Shown one piece after another: positions 40,485-50,380 of a stretch of 64,000 bases of DNA. Location: contig CBDCEW010000105.1 in the NCBI GenBank assembly GCA_965215885.1, positions 32,001 to 96,000 on the forward strand, written 5' to 3'. Position 1 is the stretch's first letter. Every line of letters begins with the position of its first letter. A program made the position numbers and the translations under genes. The notes below the pieces were generated by a model. The model was not told the origin of the DNA. It made no database searches and saw nothing but the letters and a program-made list of their open reading frames with translations. The DNA comes from Candidatus Moanibacter sp. GTDB taxonomy: Bacteria; Verrucomicrobiota; Verrucomicrobiia; Opitutales; UBA2987.

Positions 40485-41288
40485 ATGGCAACGGCACTAC
40501 CTCTAGTACCCAGATCAAATCTGGAGGAGTACGTTCAGGCGATGGAAGACGACGGCTTCGCCTATTTTCCAGGGGTGCTCAATGAGACCGAAATCTCCGC
40601 CCTGCGCGAGGCGATGGACAACCTGACGGCGATCGAAGAAAATTACGATCGGCACCCCGACCCGGAAAAGGACGGCTTTCTCAACAAGAGCATCAATAAC
40701 GCTTTTAATCGCGACCCGATTTTCGTTCAATATCTGGACCGGCCCGAAATCATCGACCTGATCGAGGCCGTGCACGGCGCCGACTGCCATTGCATCGGCA
40801 TGACGGCGTGGCTGACAGGGAGCGGCCGGCCGGCGCAGAAGCTGCACGCCGACTGGCAGCCCCTGACCCTGCCCGCGAATGTGATGGAGAATCCGGAGGT
40901 CAAAATTCCGATCTTCATCTCTACCGCCCATTTTTATCTCGACGACATTACAGAGGATTTGGGGCCGACGAACTTCGTTCCGGGCAGCCACCGCGCGGGA
41001 CGCCGGCCTCAGCCGGAGGAAACGAGCTTTAAGGGTGTCGAGGAAAAAAGCATCATGAGCAAGGCCGGTGACTGTGTCGTTTTCCGCTGCGAGGTGTGGC
41101 ACCGAGGCACGCCGAATACCAGTGGGCGGACCCGCTACCTCTTGCAGGTTCACTACGCTCAGCGCATCATCACCCAGAAATTCCCTCCATACCTGAACAG
41201 ATTCCAGTTCGACGAGGAGCTTCTGGCTAAGGCAACGCCGAGGCAGTTGCGGCTACTGGGCGATCATGTGAACAGTAACTACGACTAA
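40485..41288 (+). CDS. PhyH family protein
   Basis: LHAD, GPTNFVPGSH, VWHRG. Confidence 0.9.
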   Translation: MATALPLVPRSNLEEYVQAMEDDGFAYFPGVLNETEISALREAMDNLTAIEENYDRHPDPEKDGFLNKSINNAFNRDPIFVQYLDRPEIIDLIEAVHGADCHCIGMTAWLTGSGRPAQKLHADWQPLTLPANVMENPEVKIPIFISTAHFYLDDITEDLGPTNFVPGSHRAGRRPQPEETSFKGVEEKSIMSKAGDCVVFRCEVWHRGTPNTSGRTRYLLQVHYAQRIITQKFPPYLNRFQFDEELLAKATPRQLRLLGDHVNSNYD

Positions 41289-41320
41289 CAGCCCGTCGGA
41301 CTCTGTCCGACGGGCTGTTA
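41286..41320. terminator. Perfect 16-bp hairpin at gene end (terminator or small repeat)
   Basis: TAACAGCCCGTCGGAC-TCT-GTCCGACGGGCTGTTA. Confidence 0.6.
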
Positions 41321-41866
41321 GAGAACCTGCTTATCTCAAGAGACAAGCAGGTTAGTGTAAATCAGGTAAAAGATACATTGATGAGCTAACGTTTTCTGAG
41401 GGTAGAAGTCGTCTTGAAAGAAACCCACCCCTGTCCCCTCCCAGGAGGGGAAATCAGTGAACGAACCCAGGATCTGAAAGATCCCCTCCTCGGAGGGGAC
41501 AGGGGTCGGTTGAGTCACAGTTTCGCTTGAATATATGTCGGAATGCGTCCGCACCCTGCCAGCGCTTGACAGGTTCCCCGGGTTGGACAGCCTTCGAACG
41601 GTGAAGCAGCTCCGTTAGGCTGGATGCCGTGGACCTTTTAATGAATATACTTGAGAACGATTTCTTGGTCAGCTTGCCGATTCTCTGCAGGCATTAAAAT
41701 TTGAATGCACTACATTATTGATAATTGATCCCGCTGACCCCGCGTTCTTGCGAACTACAATATTTCGTAAGTCGTTGAAATTTGTAGCCGTCCCGCTCGG
41801 CGGGATCAGAAAGTGGTCATGATGTTCGAAACGACGACTTTTTTACCGTAAATGAAAAACTGAGAC

Positions 41867-42174
41867 ATGCATCTCGTACAAGACATCCTCGTGCTCTTCC
41901 AGACCTCGCCCGGGCTCGACTCGGAGGCGATTGGCTGGTCCAGGTACGAGGCGTCCAAGGGCACCGGAATAAACGACCTCGTCGATGAGGTGGAACCCCC
42001 GTATCGAAATGCCATGGAAGCCATGCGGGACGGTTGGCAGGTAATCCAGATGTCCGAGCTCACGCCGCGCAGGCCCGACGATGCCTACGAAGACGGTCCC
42101 CTGCCCTGCCCTGCCAGACTGTTCTGGCCAAATTCCGCGATATGGAAGACGAAGAATGCGAAGTGCAAACATGA
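41867..42174 (+). CDS. Small hypothetical protein coupled to PhyH gene (member 2); apparent 5-nt duplication (CCTGC) near 42100-42116
   Basis: Removing one CCTGC gives ...GPLPCQTVLAKF...EVQT*, matching the paralog at 63736 (GPLPYQTVLAKY). The stop overlaps the next start (ATGA). Confidence 0.75.
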
Positions 42175-43001
42175 AGAAACATCTACTGAGTTCGAAGCAG
42201 ATGGCCCGATTCGTCGCATCCGGCTATCTCAAGTTCGACAAAATGGTATCCAGGAAGTTGTGTGCGGTCGCCCTGGAGGAGATGAAGAATCGGAAACGGG
42301 GATTTTACGCCGTCGGGACTCCCTTTGAAGAGACTTGGCCAAAGGGCACGGCCCTCGGCGATATCTTCCGACTGCCAAAGGTTAAGGGACTGATCCACTC
42401 CCTCGTCGGTCCCGATCCACTTTACGACCATCACGCCGCTCATTTCGTGGCTGCGAAGAAAATGGCGGGGCCGAACACCCATCAGGACTCCGTGATCGAT
42501 TTTCGCGAGAACTACTTCGATATACAGCTGTCCCTGTTTCCTGCCGACACTCCTGACGAGATGGGCGGCACTTTTCTGATTCCGGGCACGCAGTTTCGCA
42601 ATGTGCGTACCGGGGAGATCACCTTTTACCAGCATATGCGAGGCAAGATCTGGGCCTCCTGCAAGGCAGGAACAATGTTTGTGTGGAATACCCGCGTCTG
42701 GCACGGCGCTCGCAGCAATCACACCGACCGGGACCGCTTCATGTACAAGCTGCGTCTGAATCCGACGCTCCCCCAGATTCGAAATTTCGACACTTCTGAT
42801 CTGGATGACCCGGAGATCCCGGGAATTCTGTCCACAAAACACGGATGGGAGGGGAACGAGCACCGCTACGAGACTATGCGTCGCGTGCGCCTGTGGCGCT
42901 ACGTTTCGGGGCAGCCGGATTTCGACATCGGCGAGCGGTTTCTGCGGCGCATCGAGTACCTTCCTACCCGGGAGGGCAAACAGGCAGCATTGGCTACGTA
43001 A
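42171..43001 (+). CDS. PhyH family protein (same subfamily as 36075-36935)
   Basis: GYLKFD, HQD, MGGT, CKAGTMF.W...WHG, MYK, DLDDPEI, LWRY. Confidence 0.88.
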   Translation: MKKHLLSSKQMARFVASGYLKFDKMVSRKLCAVALEEMKNRKRGFYAVGTPFEETWPKGTALGDIFRLPKVKGLIHSLVGPDPLYDHHAAHFVAAKKMAGPNTHQDSVIDFRENYFDIQLSLFPADTPDEMGGTFLIPGTQFRNVRTGEITFYQHMRGKIWASCKAGTMFVWNTRVWHGARSNHTDRDRFMYKLRLNPTLPQIRNFDTSDLDDPEIPGILSTKHGWEGNEHRYETMRRVRLWRYVSGQPDFDIGERFLRRIEYLPTREGKQAALAT

Positions 43002-43441
43002 AATCCACGGTGATTTCGAATTCCCAAAAAAATCCGGTTCGGCTCTTAGGTGTACTGATTGGTTCGGGGTTGGCACAGCGGACCGGGGGAGATTGAAAAC
43101 CGCGCATAAACTCGAATGTACGCGAATTCCCGAAGCCGAATGGACTTTTCTGTTCTCATCCGGCAGCAAGATTGGAATACCGAACGCTAATCACACCCAG
43201 ACCTTTCGTATTACAAATTCGCCTGCGGTGAGCCTCGCCGGATCCGTTGAGAATCCCTCTTCATAAAATCCGCGGTTTTTCCTGGCTCGCCGCAGTGCAG
43301 CGAAGACCGCTCGAATCCGTGGTGCCTTCCTCTTTATTCGCGTTCATTTGCGTCCATCTGCGGTTCTCTTCTTCTTTTTTGGTTGCGGCTACGCTGCGTT
43401 GGGTTCATTGACGTTCAGTCGCGGTTCAATGAATTCTCTTT

Positions 43442-43489
43442 CCCCAACGTCGAAATCACGCGCTTGTCGCTTGCATTGCCTTGTTAACT
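43442..43489 (-). other. Short attC-like site (48 bp)
   Basis: Minus strand AGTTAAC-aaggca-ATGCAAGCG-acaag-CGCGTGAT-ttcgac-GTTGGGG. L boxes pair with an extrahelical G. Confidence 0.6.
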
Positions 43490-43851
43490 GCTTGATTTTC
43501 GATACTGCAAAAATACTTTGATTCCTCTTGCTGACAAACCAGAAACCAGTGGGATTATGCAAAGAAATATACTGGTGAATAGCAGTAATATTGCCCAAGC
43601 TTTGGCTTCGCTGCTTCCAAAAACATATGCATATGCATTCTGACCTAGATACAACCCAAAACAACGACAAGGAGTTTCTTGTAGTTTGCAATGAAACCGA
43701 TATACGCAGCAAAAACCGCCATTATTACTTGCCCTATCAAGAATCCAGTACCTGTATCAAATGGCTCAAAGCGATCCGATACCAAGGGACAAATAGCCCA
43801 ACTCAGGCATCCCAAAATAAAGCCTGCGAAAAATACTGCTTTTCTATTCAT
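43484..43851 (-). CDS. Low-GC 4-TM membrane protein in a gene cassette (one frameshift ~43655)
   Basis: MNRKAVFFAG... continues in a shifted frame as GLYLGQNAYAYVFGSSEAKAWAILLL...KSSS*. Bounded by GTTAACT and AGTTAAC. Confidence 0.65.
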
Positions 43852-43869
43852 CTCATGCAGTTAACGCCA

Positions 43870-43947
43870 GTGCTATCCCGCTCGAAGATCATGTCGTCAA
43901 GGTTAGAAGCAACGGAACCGACGAATCTCTAACGGCTGTTCCTTACA
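43870..43947 (-). promoter_or_regulatory. 78-bp cassette leader, copy A (TTGACG-17-GATAGC)
   Basis: 65/78 ungapped identity to 62381-62458 by manual alignment. Promoter-like motif faces the cassette. Confidence 0.65.
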
Positions 43948-44196
43948 GCAGATTAACGGGAAAGGTTGATCGAATTTGAAAGACGGCGCCCGGGATCTAC
44001 AGGATCACAAGAGATCTCGATCTGGCGAGATTGAAAAAGGTCGGTTGATTGCTCCACGACCCGGCGAAAATGCGGAGATTCTTCGCGGACAACCCGGAGG
44101 GGTTCTTCCAGGTATTCAACGCCTACCGGCCCGGAGTTTTACCGAATCGGTGGAGCTTAGAGTTGCGATCGAGGGATTTTTTCATAGAAAGATCAA

Positions 44197-45087
44197 ATGA
44201 CACCATTCGTCGAGTCCAACGACATCAGAGAGGACACTGATGCACTGCGTCACCGCGCCGATCGCGACGGCTACCTCTTCCTGAAGGCTGTCGTCAACAA
44301 GGATGCCATCCTCGAAGCGCGCCGAGACATCGCCGCAACCCTGCAGGACGTCGGCTGGATCGACCCCGGCACCAATCAGGATGACGCCATAACGAGCCAC
44401 CCCGCGCTGGTTTCCGGCATGGAGGATTTCAAACCGGTTTATGACGCCGTCCAGAAGCTCGAATCATTCCACACCCTCGCCCATGACCCTGTGCTCCTCC
44501 ATGTCACAGAAGCTCTTCTCGGCGACGACGTGCTACTTCAGCCCAGCAACATCGCGCGTTTCATCTTTCCCACCAATCTCGACGAAACCACTCCGCCGCA
44601 CCAGGATTATGTGCACATCCAGGGCACCCCGGATGTCTGGACGGCGTGGTTCCCGTTGGGTGATTGTCCTGCGAAAATGGGCGGATTGAGCCTGTTGTCC
44701 GGCTCGCATAAATCAGGTATTTTTCCGGTCACGCGGTCCCCAGGCGCCGGCGGACTTCGAAGCGATACCACCGAATTCGGCGGGGAATGGGTCTCGAGCC
44801 CTTTCGAACTCGGGGACGTAATTTTCTTCTACAGCCACACCGTCCACCAGGGCCTCCCGAATCTGTCCGGCAACCGCTTGAGACTCTCCGTCGACTATCG
44901 CTATCAGAGGGCCTCCGATCCCGTCATGAAATTGGTCCTCGGTGTGCACCAGGGCCGGCTTTCATGGGAGGAGGTCTACGCCGGCTGGAAATCCGACAAG
45001 TACCAATACCATTGGAAGAAATTCGATCTGAATCCGGTTTCGAAAAGTCCCTGGCCGGTCGCAGAAGCTGCGGAGCAGGAGATGTAA
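44197..45087 (+). CDS. PhyH family protein
   Basis: TPPHQD, WFPLGD..MGGL..GSH, TVHQG, RLSVDYRYQ. Confidence 0.9.
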   Translation: MTPFVESNDIREDTDALRHRADRDGYLFLKAVVNKDAILEARRDIAATLQDVGWIDPGTNQDDAITSHPALVSGMEDFKPVYDAVQKLESFHTLAHDPVLLHVTEALLGDDVLLQPSNIARFIFPTNLDETTPPHQDYVHIQGTPDVWTAWFPLGDCPAKMGGLSLLSGSHKSGIFPVTRSPGAGGLRSDTTEFGGEWVSSPFELGDVIFFYSHTVHQGLPNLSGNRLRLSVDYRYQRASDPVMKLVLGVHQGRLSWEEVYAGWKSDKYQYHWKKFDLNPVSKSPWPVAEAAEQEM

Positions 45088-45347
45088 TTCGCCGCTTTCT
45101 GTCATTGCGAGGCAAAGAATGACGAAGCAATTCCAGATCGTGTTTCAGGCTTCATACCTCCTGGATTGCAGCGCTAACGCGTCGGACTGTAAGCCGGCAC
45201 CCTGGATCTTGGTCTCGGAAGATCAGGCGAGTGGTCGAGCAGAATCACTTGGAAGGGTCCGATTTAAAGGAAAGGATCCTAACAGCTGCAAAACATACAA
45301 ATCGAAAACCTTCCCCTCCGCGATCTCTACGCGCTCTGCGGTTTTTC

Positions 45348-46730
45348 TTATTCGGACGACGGCGGCGGAAGAGCATCGAGCCGGGCCCGCAACCGGGCCA
45401 GATCGGCAGCGTAGGCCGGGTCGTCGATGAGGTTCTTCGTCTCGCCGGGATCGGCTTCCAAATCGAAGAGCTGATCCGGCCACGGCTGCTCATTAAATCG
45501 AAAGAATTTCAAATTCCCCTGCTTGATCATCTCAGAGGGACCATTTTGAATCTTCCACAACTCACTGAAGACCGTGTCCGGCCAGTCCTCGCAATCTCCC
45601 TTTGCCAGCGGGACGATGCTCCGCCCATCGAGACCCTCCGGTATCGGCACGTGGGCGAGATCGCACAGGGTCGGAAAAAGATCCACGAGGGACACATTTT
45701 CATGTACGATCCGTCCGCCCTTGAAATGGCGGGGCGACCAGATCGAGAACGGCACCCGCACCGAGGCATCGAAATACTGTTGCTTCTCCCATATCCCCTT
45801 CTCTCCCAGCATCTCGCCGTGGTCGGAGAGATAGATAACGATAAATTCGTTGAGCACGTTCAGGTGTTCGAGGTAGTCGATAACCCGGCCGTATTGCCCA
45901 TCCAGCCACTCCACCATACCGTAGTAGCCGGCGGTGGCACGGTGCGCCTCCCGGTAGGTGACATCCTCGCCAATCTTCACCTTGAAAAGTTCGTGGCAGT
46001 CGAATGTTTCCGGAAAATCCTCCACGATCGGTTCGACCCGCCGGAGGTAGTAGTCGAACAGCTCTTTCGGGCACTGAAAGGGGTAGTGCGGACAGGAGAG
46101 GCTCACCACCAGGAGGAGCGGCTGTGCCCCCGGTCGATCATAGTTTTCGCTCGCGAAATACTCGTCGAGAAACTGCAGCATGCCGTCGACCGAATAGCGA
46201 TCCTGCTTCATCCATGTTCCCTCACCGGCGCGGGCGTTCATGATCTCCTTGGCGAACTTGCTGTTTGGCGTATTGATGACCGAATACTGACCGGTCCCCG
46301 GCTCGGGCTCGATGAGGGCGCCGTGGACCGGATCGTCGACCAACTCGTAGCCGTTCCGGCCCGAGATATCGCGGCCGATCCGTTCGTGCCAGCCGTGCAT
46401 CTGGTCCGGGCCGCGAAAATGCATCTTACCCGCAGCCACTCCCCGGTAGCCATAGCGGGAAAGATGGCCTGGTATGGTCAATACCTCGCTCGGCAGGGCG
46501 GTCGAGAAATCGAGACAACCGGAACGACGCGGATAGAGTCCGGAGAGGAAACTCTGGCGGGCCGGCACACAGACCGGCGAAGGGCTGTAGGCGTTGCGGA
46601 AGTATACGCCTTCGCCGATAAAGCGGTCCAGCACCGGCGTGCGAATTACCTCGTTCCCTTCCACCGGCAACACATCGGGGCGGTGCTCATCGCTGATCAG
46701 TAATAGAATATACGGCTTTTTCTCTGGCAT
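45348..46730 (-). CDS. Formylglycine-dependent sulfatase (choline-sulfatase-like)
   Basis: SDEH, CVPAR, GKMH, PHYPF, SDHGEMLG. Confidence 0.92.
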   Translation of the reverse strand: MPEKKPYILLLISDEHRPDVLPVEGNEVIRTPVLDRFIGEGVYFRNAYSPSPVCVPARQSFLSGLYPRRSGCLDFSTALPSEVLTIPGHLSRYGYRGVAAGKMHFRGPDQMHGWHERIGRDISGRNGYELVDDPVHGALIEPEPGTGQYSVINTPNSKFAKEIMNARAGEGTWMKQDRYSVDGMLQFLDEYFASENYDRPGAQPLLLVVSLSCPHYPFQCPKELFDYYLRRVEPIVEDFPETFDCHELFKVKIGEDVTYREAHRATAGYYGMVEWLDGQYGRVIDYLEHLNVLNEFIVIYLSDHGEMLGEKGIWEKQQYFDASVRVPFSIWSPRHFKGGRIVHENVSLVDLFPTLCDLAHVPIPEGLDGRSIVPLAKGDCEDWPDTVFSELWKIQNGPSEMIKQGNLKFFRFNEQPWPDQLFDLEADPGETKNLIDDPAYAADLARLRARLDALPPPSSE

Positions 46731-46986
46731 GGTGGTCCAGGGTCCAGTTAAACTTTGTCGCGAGCTCGCGAGCTTCAGCGTGAGCTTAGTCGAAACCGCC
46801 ATCCGCGCAATCAGATTTTCCTTTCACCGTTTACTTCCTCATCCCTATTACAATCCGGCAGAACCCTGTTTTTCTAGCAAAGCTCAAACAGAAGATATTG
46901 GTTTTCAAGGTATTGCGATCGAAGCTCCCATTGTGAAAGACCCTAATTCTATTCTTCCCACCTTCGTCGTAAGCCTAGTGGAAGAA

Positions 46987-47084
46987 GAGTCGCTGATGTT
47001 CACGATTAAAGATGGATGCCTTTGGCGAACTCGGCCGCCGCGGCATCGATGCGGTAGGCGATGAACTGCTCGAGAAGGTTCTGG
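46987..47084 (+). repeat. 98-bp internal fragment of the 1917-bp IS transposase
   Basis: Matches ~2721-2820 except for a 2-nt deletion; no IS ends. Confidence 0.85.
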
Positions 47085-47280
47085 ACCCGTCTCCGCTGCG
47101 CTTTGCTCGACTGAAAAAATGCCGATCCCGCTCAGCGGGATTGACGACCCGTCTCCGCTGCGCTTTGCCGTGGCAGGCGAAGCTCGCGACAAAGTTTCTC
47201 CGAAAGATCCCCACATCCCGTATCTCGTATCCCGTCGAAGCGTAGCGTAGACCCTGAGCCTGTCGAAGGGCATCTCGCAT

Positions 47281-48645
47281 CTATCTTGTGTACGGCACAC
47301 AACCTGTTTCATCAACTTCATACTCCCACTTCTCGAGGTAATATTCCTTCTCCCTGAACGGATCACCGATCATTTCCAATCGCCGCGACAAATCTTGTTC
47401 TAATGCCTTCCCGATTTCCGCCGCCCCCGGATTATCCGCGAGATTCCTCAACTGATACGGGTCTTCAACATCATCAAAGAAGAAAATCTCGTTATCACTC
47501 GTCCGCACGAAGGTATGGCGATCTGTACGAACAGCACGATACGCCGGATCGAGGTAATTCTGCCGGGCAAACGGCGAGACACTCATATAAAGTGCGGCAT
47601 GGTCTTCGATTTCGACGCCATCCCGAACGCACGATGAAAGATCCGTCCCTTCGACCGGTTTCGGTATCTCAAGACCACACAGGCTCAGGAGCGTCGGCAT
47701 GATATCGACCGTTCCCAACGGCGTCATCACCTTACGATTTTCGCGCTCTGCCGTGAACGGCGGGTAACGCAACAGGAAAGGCACACGACAGGATTCGTCC
47801 CAGAAGATCTGTTTGACAAACGGACTCCGGTTGTGAGAACCCATCATCTCCCCATGGTCAGAGGCAAAAATCAGAATCGTATTATCTTTCAACCCGTTTG
47901 TCTTCAGCGCCTCAACGACATCCCCAACGCATTTGTCCAACGCGGCAATATGCGAATAGTAACCCGCCGCCTCTTTTCGGGTGTGCTCTTCAAACTCGGA
48001 ATCGTCAAACACGACATTGGGTGAAAACGTGACCGATTCCGGCCAAAACATCGCTTGATATTCTTTCGGCGCGTAGTGATGAGGGAAATGCGGAGGGCCC
48101 AGTGACAAAACGAGGAAAAACGGATTGTCTGTGTGTCGTTTTATGTAGTCACAGGCATCTTCCGTCTGGGCAAACGCATCGTATCCGAGCCAGATCTTAA
48201 TTTCCGTATCATCGCCGTCGTAGTATTCGGATTTCTGATAACTGTGCGTGCACTCCAGCACTTTCCAATAATCAAAACCCTGCCGCCGATCGGGTGGGAT
48301 ATAGCTGGCCCGTCCGTGCCCGTCGACGTGCCACTTGCCGATATAAGCAGTGTCGTAACCACCGGATTTGAACGATTTACCAATGCTCTCCTCATCCGGC
48401 GACAACGGTATATCATTCATAAACATCCCGTTGGTCGTCGGGTAACGCCCGGTCAACAACACCGCACGGGCCGGTGTGCAAACAGGAGAGGTGCCAATGG
48501 CATTGGCAAAATCAATCGATTCAGCGGCCAGTCGATCGATATTCGGCGTGATCGCGTTCGGATCACCGTTATACCCGGTCGCCTTGGCGCGCCACTGGTC
48601 GGTCAAGATGTAGACTACGTTGGGTTTGTCGTTATTGGACATCAA
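47281..48645 (-). CDS. Formylglycine-dependent sulfatase
   Basis: TDQWR, CTPAR, IGKWH, PPHFP, SDHGEM. Confidence 0.92.
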   Translation of the reverse strand: MMSNNDKPNVVYILTDQWRAKATGYNGDPNAITPNIDRLAAESIDFANAIGTSPVCTPARAVLLTGRYPTTNGMFMNDIPLSPDEESIGKSFKSGGYDTAYIGKWHVDGHGRASYIPPDRRQGFDYWKVLECTHSYQKSEYYDGDDTEIKIWLGYDAFAQTEDACDYIKRHTDNPFFLVLSLGPPHFPHHYAPKEYQAMFWPESVTFSPNVVFDDSEFEEHTRKEAAGYYSHIAALDKCVGDVVEALKTNGLKDNTILIFASDHGEMMGSHNRSPFVKQIFWDESCRVPFLLRYPPFTAERENRKVMTPLGTVDIMPTLLSLCGLEIPKPVEGTDLSSCVRDGVEIEDHAALYMSVSPFARQNYLDPAYRAVRTDRHTFVRTSDNEIFFFDDVEDPYQLRNLADNPGAAEIGKALEQDLSRRLEMIGDPFREKEYYLEKWEYEVDETGCVPYTR

Positions 48646-48953
48646 CTGGAAACGTCGACCCGTCGTCGCTCCGCTGTGCCGAGGCAGGCAAAGTTGACGT
48701 CGAAGCTTACGACAAAGATTCCCATGCGGGGAGATATGTTCCCTCGAAACTTAATCGTAAGCCTCGTCGTAAGCTTCGTCGGCAGATCGAACAACACAAT
48801 TCGACAAAGTTCACGACGAAGCTCGCGACAAAGTTCCCCCATGCGTGGTTTGCTCTTCTTTACTTCGTCGCTAACCTCGTCGTAAGCTTCATCGACCGAT
48901 CGACCGACAGAATTCGACAAAGTTAACGACAAAGCTTACGACTAAGTTTCCCT

Positions 48954-50272
48954 CAATACTGTCCGGTTATAAGTCAAACAACTCCAACTGTTTAGGAATG
49001 CGGTGTTCATTGAAAGTGTAATCGGTTTCTGTAAGTAGTTCAGTCATAGGAGTTTTCTCAAATAGGGTGAAGCTGAGAATCTGTAGGATTTTGTGCAAAC
49101 TGATCTCCAGGCGAAGGCGTTTGCGGATGATGGCGATGAGCACATAGACGCTGACGGCAATCCAGATTTGAGTCTTCACAGCATTCTCGGAGGTGCCGAA
49201 AAAGCTCTTGCTGCGCAAGTGCTGTTTGATCCATTTGAAGAACAATTCGATCTGCCAGCGTAAACGGTAAATCTGGGTGATGATTATGGCTGGGAGGGCA
49301 AACTGATTGGTGAGAAACACGAAGCGCTCGGAACTGTCGGGATCGAGGTAAGTGATACGCCGGAGTCTTTCGGGGTAGGCCTTGGCAGGATAGAAGCTGA
49401 CCAGGGCAACGGTCTGGTCCGAACGCAGACCGGTTGATTTGTCGACCTTTTGAGAGTAGAGGCGGCGAAACTGAAAGCCGCGGCGGGCGCGTGTGACGAA
49501 GAAAGAACCGCATTGTGCGATCCGATAGAGGCGCTCGTAATGCAGATAGGCTCGGTCCATTACATAGTAAGCACCGGCCTCGGGGATGATGAGATCCAGA
49601 ATGTTTACGTCGTGAACTTTTCCATCGGTAATCTCGATAAAATAAGGGATAGAGCCTCTGAGATCGAGAAGCGTATGGACCTTCACCGCCCCCTTGTGCT
49701 TGCGGAAACGTGCCCACGGGAAGAGTGATAGACATAGATCGATCGTGGTGGAGTCCAGAGCGTAGAGCGTATTGTCCAGGTCGATGCCCAGATCCTCGTT
49801 TGAATACAAAGGACGAGCCATTGCGATGAGGACCTGTGCAAAGTCGGCGTAGATGCGCCAGTCTCGTTTCTCGTTGGCATCGGCGAGCGTGCTTTTGGAT
49901 ACTCCGCTTCGAATCCCTGCGTGGTATAGTTTTGGTTGTACTGCCCGCAGGCAGGTTTCGATGTCGCGCAGACTCTCCCGGTAGGTCAACTCGGCAAAAC
50001 CCATGCAGAGAAATTGTTCGAAGCAACTGAACTTTTGAACTTTGTAGTCGCCTCCGTAGCGTTGGACGCAACGATGGAACTGATGGCGCGGAAGATAATC
50101 TATGATTTGAGAAAAAACGAATCGACCTGTATACATGATTTGGACCCTCGAAATTTTTGAGAGTCCACAAGGCTTTTTGCAATTTCAAGTCGAAAACAGC
50201 AGAAATCATATGTAAAATGTTGGTTATCAATCGATTAACCTGCGTTCCTAGAAAAACAACCGGACAGTAGTG
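48954..50272 (-). mobile_element. IS4-family element (DUF4372 type), 1319 bp
   Basis: TIRs CAATACTGTCCGGTT / CACTACTGTCCGGTT. 9-bp DR AGTTTCCCT. Confidence 0.93.
48967..50136 (-). CDS. IS4-family transposase
   Basis: LDSTTIDL, MDRAY, Y..RWQIELFFKWIKQ. Confidence 0.95.
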   Translation of the reverse strand: MYTGRFVFSQIIDYLPRHQFHRCVQRYGGDYKVQKFSCFEQFLCMGFAELTYRESLRDIETCLRAVQPKLYHAGIRSGVSKSTLADANEKRDWRIYADFAQVLIAMARPLYSNEDLGIDLDNTLYALDSTTIDLCLSLFPWARFRKHKGAVKVHTLLDLRGSIPYFIEITDGKVHDVNILDLIIPEAGAYYVMDRAYLHYERLYRIAQCGSFFVTRARRGFQFRRLYSQKVDKSTGLRSDQTVALVSFYPAKAYPERLRRITYLDPDSSERFVFLTNQFALPAIIITQIYRLRWQIELFFKWIKQHLRSKSFFGTSENAVKTQIWIAVSVYVLIAIIRKRLRLEISLHKILQILSFTLFEKTPMTELLTETDYTFNEHRIPKQLELFDL

Positions 50273-50380
50273 AGTTTCCCTCACGGGTGAATTGCGTCCG
50301 CCCTGCGCCCTGCGCCGCGCGCATCACGCATCCCTCATCTCGCATCTCACACCCCGCATCCCGACATCACCAGCAAGACA

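Noticed and set aside
43990..44160. Short frame with internal TGA (...LKKVG*LLHDPAK...)
   Set aside because: No start, no Cys-type motif and no recognisable family; likely a decayed fragment.
45231..46703. 490-aa plus-strand ORF (also 42183-43169, 16964-17944, 49058-50284)
   Set aside because: Antisense or alternate-frame shadows of well-supported genes, with no recognisable motifs.
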